64,000 nucleotides of DNA, from the NCBI GenBank assembly GCA_963841985.1, contig CAWJFD010000026.1, positions 2,545 through 66,544 of the forward strand, written 5' to 3'. The number at the start of each line of letters is the position of its first letter. The first letter of the stretch is position 1. This stretch comes from an uncultured Actinomycetota bacterium (lineage in GTDB: Bacteria > Actinomycetota > Actinomycetes > Mycobacteriales > Pseudonocardiaceae). The translations under genes and the position numbers were made by a program. The notes beneath the pieces are model-generated. The model saw only the letters and a program-made list of their open reading frames with translations, did no database searches and was not told where the DNA came from. Shown here in pieces: positions 36,492 through 47,175 of this stretch.

Positions 36492-38914
36492 CCACTCCGG
36501 ATGACCGGCCGTTCGTGCCCGAGGGGCTGACTCCACCGGACGAGCCGCCGCACACCACAAAGCCGAGGCCCACTCGCAAGAAGATGACGTTGTGGGACCG
36601 GCTCCGGCTGCTGCTGCTGTTCATGATCTCGTGGTTGATCCTCGTGTGGGCCGCGATGGCGGACAACCCGCTGCTGCCTTTCGTCGACGCGGCCCGGATC
36701 CAGGCCGACGAGTCACAATGGCTGCTGTGGCTGGCCGGCGCCGAGCTGCTGCGCCAGGTGCACTTCTTCGTCAGCGAACGGTCGCCCGGGTACCACCGCT
36801 TCTGGTCGCAGCGGGTGTTCGGTGGCACCGAGCGGGCGCTGCGCAAGAGGTTCTCCGACTGGAGCCGGTTCCGCCTGGCCCGGCTGCTCAAGTTCGTCGC
36901 GTTCATCGTGCTGTTCGCGCTGGTGGCCGGCAAGGCGCTGGACACGTCACCGGTGCTGGCGCTGTTCCAGGCGCCCGCGCTGCTCTATGCGGCGCTGCCG
37001 CTGATCCTGCAGCTGCTGTTCGCGTTCTTCTTCGTCGCCTTCCAGTTCATCGGGTTGTTCTGGTTGCTCTCCCGCGGCGGGGTGGACACGTACTACCCCG
37101 ACGACATCAACACGCGGTTCAAGGACGTGTGGGGCCAGGACCACGTGGTCGACCGGGTCAAGGAGAACATCGTCTTCCTGGAGAACCCGGACGCGATCGA
37201 GGCCAAGGGCGGCTACGTGCCGTCCGGCCTGCTGCTGTGGGGGCCGCCCGGCACCGGAAAGACGCTGATGGCCGAGGCGGTGGCCGGCGAGACCGGCCGG
37301 CCGTACGTCTTCGTGGATCCCGGCGCCTTCACGAACATGTTCATGGGCATCGGCATCCTGAAGGTCAAGTCGCTGTTCCGGAAGCTGCGCAAGCTCGCGC
37401 TGCGCTACGGCGGCGTGATCGTGTTCTTCGACGAGGCGGATGCGCTGGGCAACCGCGGGATCATGACCCAGGGCGGACCAGGCGGGCCCGGCGGCCGCGG
37501 GATGGGGCCGGCCGCGCCGTTCCAGGCGGCCGGCTGCCACGGCTTCTCCTACCTGTCCGGTGACACCCGCTCGTTGCTGATGCGCACGGCGATGGAGTCC
37601 GGTGCCGCCGAGCCGGTCGAGACGGGCCGCAGCCGGTTCTTCATGGGCGGCATGGGCGGTGGTGGTGCGGGTGCGGGCACGCTGCAGGCGCTGCTCACGG
37701 AGCTGTCCGGGCTGAAGAAGCCGCGCGGGATCATCAACCGGCTGGGCCGGCGGATCCTCGGGATGCGGCCGAAGCCGCCCCCCAAGTACCGGATCCTGGT
37801 CATGATGGCCACGAACATGCCCGAGGCGTTGGACGAGGCGCTGCTGCGGCCCGGCCGCATCGACCGGATCTACCGGGTCGGTTACCCGAGCAAGGCCGGC
37901 CGGGTGCGGACCTACGAGGGCTACTTCTCGAAGGTGGCCAACGAGCTGACCGCCGAGCAGCTCGACAAGCTGGCCACCATCACGCCCTACGCCACCGGCG
38001 CGACGATCAAGGACCTGGTCAACGAAGCGTTGATCATCGCGATCCGGGACGGCCGGGAGATCATCACGTGGAAGGACGTGATGCGGGCCAAGCAGCTCAA
38101 GGACCTGGGCCCGCCCGAGGACGTGGAGTACATCGAGCGCGAGCGGCACGCCGTCGCGGTGCACGAGGCCTGCCACGCCGTGGTGGCCTTCCGCACCCGG
38201 CAGCACATGGAGATCGACCTGGCCACGATCGAGAAGGGCAGCGACTACCTGGGCATGGTCGCGAGCATCCCGCCGGAGGACCAGTTCACCCGGTGGCGCT
38301 CGGAGTTCGAGGCCGACATCCTCGTGTCGCTCGCCTCACTGGCCGGCGAACGGATGTTCTTCGACGGCGACTCGTCGTCCGGGGTGTCCGGCGACCTGGA
38401 GTCGGCCACCGCGGTGGCGTCGTTCATGGAGGGCTACTGGGGCATGGGGGCCACGGTGTCGTCCTACTCGACGGCGCGCCGGCTCGAGGTCGGCAGCCCC
38501 GGCGGGGGCCGCGGCGGCCCGCCGAAGGGCGAGAACACCGAGAAGGCGCTGCGGGCGGCGCTTGCCGACCGGATCGAGGACCAGCTGGCCGACCTGCTGG
38601 AGCGTGCCGAAGCGATCCTGCGCGAGAACCGGGCCGGTGTGCTGGCCATCGCGCACGCGCTGGAGACCCACAAGACGCTGTCCGGTGACGACATCGAGGC
38701 CGTGCTGGACGGCCGGCCCGGGACAGCGGTGGACGGCTCCGTGTACTCCGACCCCGGCTTCTACGCGAAGCTGGAGGACTATCACGCCGCCGCTGCGGGA
38801 GCGCATCGCGGCCACACCGGGGTGCAGCTCGCGATGCCGCTGGGTGGGCACCTGCCGGCGCCGCCGGAGCCGCAGGGCTCCGACACGGCCGCCAACGCGG
38901 AGCACCGGCCGTGA
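36488..38914 (+). CDS. Atypical FtsH-like membrane AAA+ M41 metalloprotease
   Basis: GPPGTGKT, FFDEAD, ATNMPEALDEALLRPGRIDR, HEACH. Confidence 0.9.
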   Translation: MTTPDDRPFVPEGLTPPDEPPHTTKPRPTRKKMTLWDRLRLLLLFMISWLILVWAAMADNPLLPFVDAARIQADESQWLLWLAGAELLRQVHFFVSERSPGYHRFWSQRVFGGTERALRKRFSDWSRFRLARLLKFVAFIVLFALVAGKALDTSPVLALFQAPALLYAALPLILQLLFAFFFVAFQFIGLFWLLSRGGVDTYYPDDINTRFKDVWGQDHVVDRVKENIVFLENPDAIEAKGGYVPSGLLLWGPPGTGKTLMAEAVAGETGRPYVFVDPGAFTNMFMGIGILKVKSLFRKLRKLALRYGGVIVFFDEADALGNRGIMTQGGPGGPGGRGMGPAAPFQAAGCHGFSYLSGDTRSLLMRTAMESGAAEPVETGRSRFFMGGMGGGGAGAGTLQALLTELSGLKKPRGIINRLGRRILGMRPKPPPKYRILVMMATNMPEALDEALLRPGRIDRIYRVGYPSKAGRVRTYEGYFSKVANELTAEQLDKLATITPYATGATIKDLVNEALIIAIRDGREIITWKDVMRAKQLKDLGPPEDVEYIERERHAVAVHEACHAVVAFRTRQHMEIDLATIEKGSDYLGMVASIPPEDQFTRWRSEFEADILVSLASLAGERMFFDGDSSSGVSGDLESATAVASFMEGYWGMGATVSSYSTARRLEVGSPGGGRGGPPKGENTEKALRAALADRIEDQLADLLERAEAILRENRAGVLAIAHALETHKTLSGDDIEAVLDGRPGTAVDGSVYSDPGFYAKLEDYHAAAAGAHRGHTGVQLAMPLGGHLPAPPEPQGSDTAANAEHRP

Positions 38915-38951
38915 GTTCGTAGCGGCGTTCTCACACGGCTGAGCACTCACG
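38910..38951. repeat. 42-bp REP-like palindromic element (inverted copy of 44309-44350)
   Basis: Reverse complement matches the 44309 copy at 36/42 by manual alignment. Confidence 0.8.
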
Positions 38952-39025
38952 ACCCCACGGGCGCGGCGACGCCCGGTTGCGTGGGCGTCGACCGGCGACA
39001 AGGCGCGGCACGGCATCATCGCGGG

Positions 39026-39697
39026 ATGCAGGAGGCCACCCCGGAGCCGGCCGGGCCCAGTGAGTGGGAGGTGCCGGGGCAGGTCGGCGTGGGCCCGTGG
39101 CCGGGCGGGCGGGCGGCGTGGCCGCACGATCGGCGGTATGACCCCGAGCTGCTCGAACACGGCGACACCCGCAACGTGGTCGACGCCTATCGCTACTGGC
39201 GGCGCGACGAGGTGGCCGCCGATCTCGCGGCGCGCGCCCATCCCTTCCATGTGGCGATCGAGAACTTCGGGCACGACCACAACATCGGCACCGTCGTGCG
39301 CACCGCCAACGCGTTTGCCGCCGCCGGCGTGCACATCGTGGGTCGTCGACGGTGGAACCGACGCGGGGCGATGGTGACCGATCGTTACCTGCAACTGCAC
39401 CACCACGACACCATCGCCGGGCTGGTCGACTTCGCGCGCCGGCACGAGCTCGCGGTGGTGGCCGTCGACAACGTGCCCGGCGCCCGGCGGCTGGAGACCG
39501 CCGAGCTCCCGCGGGCCTGCATGTTGCTGTTCGGGCAGGAGGGGCCAGGAGTGTCCGGGCCGGCGCACGAGTCCGCCGACCTCGTCGTCTCCATCGCGCA
39601 GTTCGGCTCCACCCGGTCGATCAACGCGGGGGTGGCCGCCGGCGTGGCGATGCACGCCTGGATCCGCCAGCACGCCGATCTCGCCCGCGCCTGGTGA
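39026..39697 (+). CDS. TrmH/SpoU RNA methyltransferase
   Basis: NIGTVVRTA, FGQEGPG, SINAGVA. Confidence 0.92.
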   Translation: MQEATPEPAGPSEWEVPGQVGVGPWPGGRAAWPHDRRYDPELLEHGDTRNVVDAYRYWRRDEVAADLAARAHPFHVAIENFGHDHNIGTVVRTANAFAAAGVHIVGRRRWNRRGAMVTDRYLQLHHHDTIAGLVDFARRHELAVVAVDNVPGARRLETAELPRACMLLFGQEGPGVSGPAHESADLVVSIAQFGSTRSINAGVAAGVAMHAWIRQHADLARAW

Positions 39698-39746
39698 CGT
39701 GACAATTCGCGGACGTCGAGCCGGCCCGGAACCTAGGCTCGACAGC

Positions 39747-40430
39747 ATGCGGAAGACGCTGGTTTTCGACGCCGACGACACCCTCTGGGAGAACAACGTC
39801 CTGTTCGAGCGCGTGGTATCGGACTACCTCGACTGGCTGGCGCACCCCACCCTCGACCGTGACGCGACCCGTGCCGTGCTCGACGACGTGGAGCGGGCGA
39901 ACGTGGTGGTGCACGGCTACGGCAGCGCGAGCTTCCTGCGGAGCCTGCGGGACTGTTTCGAGCGGCTCAACGAGCGCCCGGCCAACGCCGCGGAAGCGGA
40001 CCGGATCACCGAGCTGGCGGCGGCGCTGATCAACCACGAGGTGGAACTGGTTCCCGGTGTCGCGGAGACGCTCGCCGAGCTCGGCACCCGGCACGATCTT
40101 CTGCTGCTCACCAAGGGCCAGCAGGCCGAACAGCAACGCAAGATCGACGCCTCCGGGCTGGCCGAGCATTTCCGCAGCATTCACATCGTCGCCGAGAAGC
40201 GAGCGCCGACCTACCAGGAGCTGATCACCACCGAACACCTGGTGCCGTCGGCCGCCTGGATGATCGGCAACTCGCCGGCATCGGACATCCGGCCGGCCCG
40301 GGCCGTAGGGATGGGCGCGGTCTTCATCCCGAACGCCTACACCTGGGCGCTCGAGCACGACGAGATCGACCCGGAGGACGACGGCATCCTGCAGCTGCGG
40401 CGATTTCCCGAGCTGCTGCAACACTTCTGA
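39747..40430 (+). CDS. HAD-family hydrolase
   Basis: VFDADDTLW, TKG, MIGNSPASDI. Confidence 0.92.
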   Translation: MRKTLVFDADDTLWENNVLFERVVSDYLDWLAHPTLDRDATRAVLDDVERANVVVHGYGSASFLRSLRDCFERLNERPANAAEADRITELAAALINHEVELVPGVAETLAELGTRHDLLLLTKGQQAEQQRKIDASGLAEHFRSIHIVAEKRAPTYQELITTEHLVPSAAWMIGNSPASDIRPARAVGMGAVFIPNAYTWALEHDEIDPEDDGILQLRRFPELLQHF

Positions 40431-40480
40431 CCGGATTACGGGTGGTCCACCGCGGACCGGTGATCGTGCAGACTGAGCCC

Positions 40481-41545
40481 ATGGCAGCGGAGGTCGACTG
40501 GTCGGAGCGGGCGGACATCGCCGAGCGGGTGATCGTCCGCCGGCACCTCCGCCGGCTCGCCGGGGTGCTGCCGGGTACCCGGATCGGCCGGATCCGGTGG
40601 CCGCGCCGGATCCCCGTGTGGCCGTTCCCCTGGCACTACTGGTGGCAGGCGCACCTGCTCGACTGCCTGGTCGACGCCCAGTTCCGCTCGCCCACCCCCC
40701 GTCGGGCCACGAGCATCGCGATGCTGGCCCGCGGGGTGCGGCTGCACAACGCCGGCTCGTGGGTCAACCGGTACTACGACGACATCGCCTGGCTCGGGCT
40801 CGCCCTGCAGCGGGCGGGCACGCTGGCCCGGCGATCCGGCCCGTCGGCGCTCGGGGCGATCACGAGCCGGCTCGACGAGGGATGGACCGAGGACGGCGGC
40901 GGCGGGATCTGGTGGCGGCGCGACGACGACTTCAAGAACGCCCCGGCCAACGGCCCGGCAGCGATCCTGCTGGCCCGCGCCGGGCAGGTCGGGTTCGCCT
41001 CCGCCATCGCGGACTGGATGGCCGACGCACTGGTCGACCCCGAATCCGGGCTGGTCCGGGACGGGGTCCGGCTGGCGGCCGACGGTTCCGTGCGCGAGAT
41101 CGTGCCGCTGGTCTACACCTACTGCCAGGGCGTGCACCTGGGCACCTGCGTCGAGCTCGCGGCGCTGGACGGGCACCAGCGGTGGGCGGATCGAGCGGTC
41201 GCCGTCGTCGACGCGATGACGCACCGGCTGGCCGGACCGGACGGTGTGCTGCCCGGCAGCGGCGGCGGCGACGGCGGGCTCTTCGCCGGCATCACGGCGC
41301 GGTACCTGGCCGACGCCGCCGTGCGGAGGCCGGAGCTCACCGGAGCCACGTCACGGCTCGTGCTGGCCAACGCGGCGGCAGCATGGGCCGGTCGAGCCGA
41401 GATCGGCGGCGGCCCGGTGTTCTCGGCCGACTGGGGGCGTCCGGCCGTCGAACCACGACCGGGAGTCCCGGAGGCCGACCTGTCGGTGCAGCTGGGGGCG
41501 TGGATGCTGTTCGAGGCGGCGGCCAGGGTGCAGCGTTCCGCCTGA
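40481..41545 (+). CDS. Glycoside hydrolase family 76 protein
   Basis: YYDDIAW, GGGIWW, KNAPAN, YTYCQG, DGGLFAGI. Confidence 0.9.
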   Translation: MAAEVDWSERADIAERVIVRRHLRRLAGVLPGTRIGRIRWPRRIPVWPFPWHYWWQAHLLDCLVDAQFRSPTPRRATSIAMLARGVRLHNAGSWVNRYYDDIAWLGLALQRAGTLARRSGPSALGAITSRLDEGWTEDGGGGIWWRRDDDFKNAPANGPAAILLARAGQVGFASAIADWMADALVDPESGLVRDGVRLAADGSVREIVPLVYTYCQGVHLGTCVELAALDGHQRWADRAVAVVDAMTHRLAGPDGVLPGSGGGDGGLFAGITARYLADAAVRRPELTGATSRLVLANAAAAWAGRAEIGGGPVFSADWGRPAVEPRPGVPEADLSVQLGAWMLFEAAARVQRSA

Positions 41546-41550
41546 CCGGG

Positions 41551-42195
41551 TCAGGCTGTGGTCGCGCCGCCCTTGCGCCGGGCGCGCACCAGCTCGACGA
41601 CGATCGGCAGCACCGAGATCGCCACGATGAGGATGAGCATCAACTCGATGTTGGAGCGGACGAACGCGAACTGCCCCAGCCAGAAGCCCAGCAGGGTGAC
41701 CCCTGCCGCCCACAGCACGCCGCCGATCAGCGAGTACGTGAGATAGCGCTTCGGCTCCATCCGCCCGACCCCGGCCATCACCGTGATGAACGTGCGCACG
41801 ATCGGCACGAACCGGCCCAGCACGATGGCCCGGTTGCCGTACTTGTCGAAGAATTCCTGCGTCTTGGCCACGTGCGTCGGGTTGAACACCCGTGACCGCG
41901 GCTTGTCGAAGATCGCCGGCCCGGCCGCGCGGCCGATGTAGTAGCCACAGACGTTGCCGGCGAACGCCGCGACCACCAGCAGCAGGCACACCGCCCACAA
42001 CGGGGAGCCGATCGCGCCGTTCGCGACGAACAGGCCGGCGGTGAACAACAGCGAATCACCGGGCAGGAAGAACCCGAGCAGCAGACCGCATTCGGCGAAC
42101 ACGATCGCCGCCAGCCCGACCAGGGCCCACGGGCCGAGCCAGGTGATGATCGAATCGGGCTGGAGCCACTCCGGACCCAGTGCGATGGCGTTCAC
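41551..42195 (-). CDS. DedA/VTT membrane protein
   Basis: FAECGLLLGFFLPGDSLLF, RFVPIVRT. Confidence 0.94.
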   Translation of the reverse strand: MNAIALGPEWLQPDSIITWLGPWALVGLAAIVFAECGLLLGFFLPGDSLLFTAGLFVANGAIGSPLWAVCLLLVVAAFAGNVCGYYIGRAAGPAIFDKPRSRVFNPTHVAKTQEFFDKYGNRAIVLGRFVPIVRTFITVMAGVGRMEPKRYLTYSLIGGVLWAAGVTLLGFWLGQFAFVRSNIELMLILIVAISVLPIVVELVRARRKGGATTA

Positions 42196-42240
42196 GATGA
42201 ACGACGCTACCGGGCAGACCCGGCTCCACGAGCGGCGGTG

Positions 42241-42590
42241 TCACCCGAGCGGGGGGAGCGCTCCCGGCACGAGCAGCGACAACAGCGCCAATGCGATACC
42301 GAGCACAACCCCACCGAGCAGGGCCAGGAGCAGGGTGAGGCGGGTGCTGGCTAGCGCCACCATGAGCTGCGGGCGGTGCTCGCGGCCGGCTGCCGCCGTG
42401 CCCGACGGCTGGCGGCGGGGTGCGACGGTGCGGCCTGGCCGGCGCGGAGCCCGGTCGGGGCCGCTGGGTGCTCGGCAAGCGGGCCGGGGTTGCGCCCGAC
42501 GAAGCCGGGCCGCCCGGCGCCGGATGCGTGGGCGCGCATCGCCTCGCCGAGCCGGCGCTCCGACTCCTCGCTGGTGGACACGGTCATCAT
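42241..42590 (-). CDS. Small C-terminal-TM protein coupled to the ECF sigma gene (anti-sigma-like; frameshifted)
   Basis: ERRLGEAMRAHA N-terminus; hydrophobic C-terminus. Confidence 0.55.
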
Positions 42591-43169
42591 CGTCCCCCAG
42601 GATTCATCGCCCGGGCTACCGTATCCATCGCTCGGCTTGCCGTGGACTTCACCGTTCCCCTGGAGATGCCCGTCGCATCGGCGATTTCCGACTCCGACAG
42701 CCCACCGTAGTAGCGCAGCACCAGCACCTCGCGCTGGCGCGGCGGCAGCGTGGCCAGCGCATCCACCACCGCCTGGTGCTCGGCCGACAGCATCGCCAGC
42801 GATTCCGCCGAGCGGGCGTTCACCTGGTGCGGCGGGACGTAGTCGCGCGCGGTCCGGCGGCGTCGCAGCATCGAACGGGAGCCGTTGACCACTGCGGTGC
42901 GCAGGTAGGCGACGGCGGCGGCCTCGTCGCGCAGCCCCGACCAGTGTCGGTGGAGGCCGGCGAACGCCTCCTGCACCACGTCCTCCGCGGTGGGCGGGTC
43001 GTCCACCAGCAGGATGGCCAGCCGGACCATGCGCATCCGGTGGTCCGGTACAGGTCGGCGAGCGTCGTGGCGGTGCCTGCGGATCCGGCGCCGGCTCCGG
43101 GCGCGCGTCGATGCTGCGCAGCCGCGAGAGTGTCATCTCGCCGGCGTTCGCTGCACCGTCCCCCGCCAT
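42587..43169 (-). CDS. ECF RNA polymerase sigma factor (SigE-like; frameshift near 43045)
   Basis: AEDVVQEAF, AYLRTAVVN, LPPRQREVLVLRY, GTVKS. Confidence 0.92.
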
Positions 43170-43272
43170 GACACTCGTACAGGGTAGTGGCCGACCCCGA
43201 CATCGACGTTGCCGGCATCCCGGGCCGTGCGGGATACTCCGAGGTCGAAAAAACCGACAGGAGGGCTACGTC

Positions 43273-44302
43273 GTGCCCATCGCCACCCCCGAGATCTACA
43301 ACCAGATGCTGACAAGGCCAAGAACGGCGGGTTCGCCTACCCGGCCATCAACATGTCCTGGTCCGAACGTCTGAACGCGGCGCTCCGCGGGTTCGCCGAC
43401 GCGGGGAGCGACGGGATCATCCAGGTGTCGACCGGTGGCGCCGAGTTCGCCTCGGGCACAGCGGTCAAGGACATGGTCACCGGGGCCGTCGGGCTCGCCG
43501 AGTTCGCGCACGTCGTCGCCGCGAAGTACGCGATCACCGTCGCGCTGCACACCGACCACTGCCCGAAGGACAAGCTGGACAGGTACGTCCGGCCGCTGCT
43601 GGCGATCAGCCGGAGCGGGTGGACGGTGGCGAGAACCCGCTGTTCCAGTCGCACATGTGGGACGGGTCGGCGGTCGAGCTGGAGGAGAACCTGGACATCG
43701 CCGCCGAGCTGCTCGACCTGGCGGCCAAGGCGAAGATCATCCTCGAGGTCGAGATCGGCGTCGTCGGCGGCGAGGAGGACGGCGTCGCGCACGAGATCAA
43801 CGAGAAGCTCTACACCTCGGCCGAGGACTACGAGGCCACCGTGGCGGCCCTCGGCGGCGGGGAGAAGGGCCGGTACCTGCTCGCGGCCACGTTCGGCAAC
43901 GTGCACGGCGTCTACAAGCCGGGCAACGTCAAGCTGCGGCCGGAGGTGCTCAAGCAGGGCCAGGAGGTGGCCTCGGCCGTGCTCGGGCTGCCGGCCGGCT
44001 CGAAGCCGTTCGACCTGGTCTTCCACGGCGGGTCCGGCTCGCTGATCGAGGAGATCCACGAGTCGCTGACCTACGGGGTGGTGAAGATGAACGTCGACAC
44101 TGACACGCAGTACGCGTTCACCCGCCCGATCGTGGACCACATGTTCGTCAACTACGCCGGCGTGCTGAAGATCGACGGCGAGGTGGGCATCAAGAAGACC
44201 TACGACCCGCGCAGCTACATGAAGGCGGCCGAGCTCGGGATGGCCGAGCGGGTGACCACGGCGTGCGAGAACCTGCGCTCCACGGGCACCGCCCTGCGCT
44301 GA
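43273..44302 (+). CDS. fbaA: Class II fructose-bisphosphate aldolase (frameshifted)
   Basis: FAYPAIN, LHTDHC, SHMWDGS, GNVHGVYKPG, VFHGGSG, KMNVDTD. Confidence 0.96.
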
Positions 44303-44308
44303 CGCGCC

Positions 44309-44350
44309 CGTGAGTGCGTAGCCGTGTGAGAGCACGGCTACGCACTCACG
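44309..44350. repeat. 42-bp REP-like element / terminator with perfect 18-bp stem
   Basis: CGTGAGTGCGTAGCCGTG-TGAGAG-CACGGCTACGCACTCACG right after the fbaA stop. Confidence 0.85.
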
Positions 44351-44363
44351 ACACAATCTCCTC

Positions 44364-44792
44364 ATGTCTCTGCACGGCAACCTGCTCGGGCCCGAACCCG
44401 TCCTCCTTCCCCACGATCCGGCCGCTGCCGACCTCGACAGCGGGGCGGACCCGGCCGAGGTGGCCGCGGCGCGGCCCACCTCCAGCCTGGCGTGGGCGGT
44501 GCTGGCCGAGAAGTCGCTCGCGGACGCGGGCGGCGCGCTCGGCGCCATCGTCACCGGCTACGCGTTCGCCCGCACCGGCTATCACCGCGGCCTCGATCAG
44601 CTGCGCCGGTCGGGGTGGAAGGGGGCCGGGCCGGTGCCCTGGTCCCACGAGCCCAACCGCGGGTTCCTGCGCGCGCTGGGGGCGCTGTACCAGGCGGCCG
44701 ACGCGATCGGTGAGACCGACGAGGCGGAACGCTGCCGGCTGCTGCTCGTGGACGCGGATCCGACCGCACTCGCCGCGCTCGGCCTGGGCTGA
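44364..44792 (+). CDS. DUF3151 family protein
   Basis: ARTGYHRGLDQLRRSGWKGAGPVPWSHEPNRGFL. Confidence 0.9.
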   Translation: MSLHGNLLGPEPVLLPHDPAAADLDSGADPAEVAAARPTSSLAWAVLAEKSLADAGGALGAIVTGYAFARTGYHRGLDQLRRSGWKGAGPVPWSHEPNRGFLRALGALYQAADAIGETDEAERCRLLLVDADPTALAALGLG

Positions 44793-44797
44793 GCCGA

Positions 44798-45904
44798 GTG
44801 CCCGCGACCTGGCGAGGCCGCCGGTTGCGGGCGCAACTGCGGGCGCGTGCTCGCCGGCTTGCGCGGTCCGCGCTGCCGATCGGCCAGTGTGCGGTGGCGG
44901 CCGGGGTCGCCTGGTTCGTGGCCACCGAACTGGTCGGGCACGCCCACCCGTTCTTCGCCCCGATCTCGGCCGTGATCAGCCTCGGCGTCTCGCTGGGCAG
45001 CAGGCTGCGCCGGGTGGTCGAGCTGGTGGTCGGCGTCAGCCTGGGGGTTCTGGTCGGCGATCTGCTGATCTCGCAGATCGGCAGCGGCAGCTGGCAGATC
45101 GCGCTGGTCGTCGCGTTGGCGATGGCCGTTGCCGTGGTCACCGACGGGGCCACGCTGCTGGTGGCGCAGGCCGGCTCGTCGGCGGTGCTGGTGGCGACCC
45201 TGTTGCCGCCCGGTCAGACCGGCGGATTCGACCGCTGCCTGGACGCGCTCACCGGAGGACTGGTCGGGGTGCTGGTCGCGGCGGTGCTGCCGGTGGACCC
45301 GGTGGGGCCGATCCGGCGTTCGGCACGCGCGCTGCTCGACGAGCTCGCCGCGGTGCTCGCGGGGGCGGCTGATGCGTTGCGCGATCGCGACGTCGAGGCC
45401 GCGCGAGGGGCCTTGCTCCGGGCCAGGGCCAGCCAGTCGTTGATCGACGGGCTGCGGGCCGCGCTGCGCGACGGCCGCGAGGTGACGACCGTGGCCCCGC
45501 TCTTCCGTCGACGCCGCCGCGAGCTGGGCCGCTACGCCGAGCTGGCGGAGCGGTCCGACTACGCGATGCGCAACGCCAGGGTGCTGGCCCGCCGCACCTT
45601 CGGGGCACTGAGCGACGACGAACCGGCCGCGCCGGAGCTCGCGGACGCGCTCGGTGAGATGTCGGCGGCCGTCGGCGTGCTGACCGCCCAGCTGGGCCGT
45701 GACGGCGACCGCGAGCTCGCCCGCGAACCGGTGCTCGACGTCGTCCGGCACGCGAAGGTGCTGGCCCACGACTGGACCCCGGGCCCGTCGGAGGCCGTGA
45801 TCGTCGCCCAGCTGAGCTCGATCGCGCTGGACCTCCTCCAGGCCACCGGCCTGAGCAGGGACGAGGCGCTGGTCGCGATGCGCGATCGACGACCCTCGGG
45901 CTGA
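44798..45904 (+). CDS. FUSC/aromatic acid exporter family membrane protein
   Basis: PFFAPISAVISLG, TM N-terminal half, helical C-terminal half. Confidence 0.85.
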   Translation: MPATWRGRRLRAQLRARARRLARSALPIGQCAVAAGVAWFVATELVGHAHPFFAPISAVISLGVSLGSRLRRVVELVVGVSLGVLVGDLLISQIGSGSWQIALVVALAMAVAVVTDGATLLVAQAGSSAVLVATLLPPGQTGGFDRCLDALTGGLVGVLVAAVLPVDPVGPIRRSARALLDELAAVLAGAADALRDRDVEAARGALLRARASQSLIDGLRAALRDGREVTTVAPLFRRRRRELGRYAELAERSDYAMRNARVLARRTFGALSDDEPAAPELADALGEMSAAVGVLTAQLGRDGDRELAREPVLDVVRHAKVLAHDWTPGPSEAVIVAQLSSIALDLLQATGLSRDEALVAMRDRRPSG

Positions 45905-45906
45905 GC

Positions 45907-47175
45907 TCAGTCCGCCGCGTGCCCCAGCAGCGCGGCCTGATGCCGGTGCCCCACCGTCTCGTACCCCACGACGGTGACCGCGGGGGCCAGCATCAGCACC
46001 ACCAGGCACACCGCCATCGAGACGCCGGCCGCGGCCAGCAGCACCGGCGCGACGAGGAACACCGCCGTACCGGCCAGCAGCCACCAGTGGAACGGGTCGA
46101 CCGCGCGTACGAGCAGGCTGTAGAGCACGAACACCATCACGATGTAGAGCGCCACCGGGACCGCCACCGTCAGCACGGTGGCGACGGCACCGATGTGCGC
46201 CTCGTGCTCGATGTAGTAGGCCGCCACGTGCAGCCCGGCGCCGGTGCCGGCGATGCCGGCGTAGAGCAGGACGTGCCCGTAGCCCCAGCCGAAGGAACGC
46301 TCCCTGTGGAGGTGCAGCATCTCGCCGGCCGGGTTCACGAAGTACATCCACCACATCCCGAACGTCAGTCCGGTCCCGGCCAGCCCGACGAGCGCGGCGT
46401 CGAGCGTCCAGCCCTGCTCCTGCACGCTCGCCGACAGTGCGGCGACCGTCCCGACAATGCCCTCGCCGAGCGCGATGATCGTGAGCAACCCGTAGCGCTC
46501 GGCGATGTGGTGGGCGTGCCACGGCGTGCCGCCCTTGGCGCGCTCGGCCACCAGGGGCCCGACGAACTCGACGGCGAGCAGGCGGACGATCAGCACGGCC
46601 GTGACCGGCACCGACGTGTTCAGCACGATCACCACGATCCAGCCGAGCTGGGCCAGCACGATCGCGGCGGCGTAGGTGAGGCAGGCGCTGCGCCGCTCGG
46701 GGCTCTGCCGGGCCGCGCGCACCCACTGCGCGACCATCGCGACCCGCATCACGACATAGCCGAGCACCATCACCCGGTTGTCCACGGTGGTGCCGTGGTC
46801 GAGGGAGGCGAACATCGGTGGCAGCCCGAGCGCCAGTACGAGCACGCCGACCATCTGGATCAAGGTCGTGACCCGGTAGATCCAGTCGTCGGTGTCGAAC
46901 GCGGAGGCGAACCATGAGAAGTTGATCCACGCCCAGACCACGGCGAACATGGCGAAGGAGAACCCGAACAGGCCGGCTCCGAAGTGGCCCTCGGCGAGCA
47001 GGTGTGCCGCCTCGTTCCCGGCCACCCCGAAGGCGACCACGAAGCAGAGGTCGAACAGCAGCTCCAACGAGGTGGCCACCCGGCCCGACTCGTGCGGGTC
47101 GCGCCCGGCCATCCGGGTCACGTGATGGGACAGCCCGTGCGTGGCGGACAAGGCGGACGATTCGGTGGTGCTCAC
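45907..47175 (-). CDS. Low temperature requirement protein A (LtrA) family
   Basis: LELLFDLCFVVAF, HHIAERYGLLTIIALGE. Confidence 0.92.
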   Translation of the reverse strand: MSTTESSALSATHGLSHHVTRMAGRDPHESGRVATSLELLFDLCFVVAFGVAGNEAAHLLAEGHFGAGLFGFSFAMFAVVWAWINFSWFASAFDTDDWIYRVTTLIQMVGVLVLALGLPPMFASLDHGTTVDNRVMVLGYVVMRVAMVAQWVRAARQSPERRSACLTYAAAIVLAQLGWIVVIVLNTSVPVTAVLIVRLLAVEFVGPLVAERAKGGTPWHAHHIAERYGLLTIIALGEGIVGTVAALSASVQEQGWTLDAALVGLAGTGLTFGMWWMYFVNPAGEMLHLHRERSFGWGYGHVLLYAGIAGTGAGLHVAAYYIEHEAHIGAVATVLTVAVPVALYIVMVFVLYSLLVRAVDPFHWWLLAGTAVFLVAPVLLAAAGVSMAVCLVVLMLAPAVTVVGYETVGHRHQAALLGHAAD

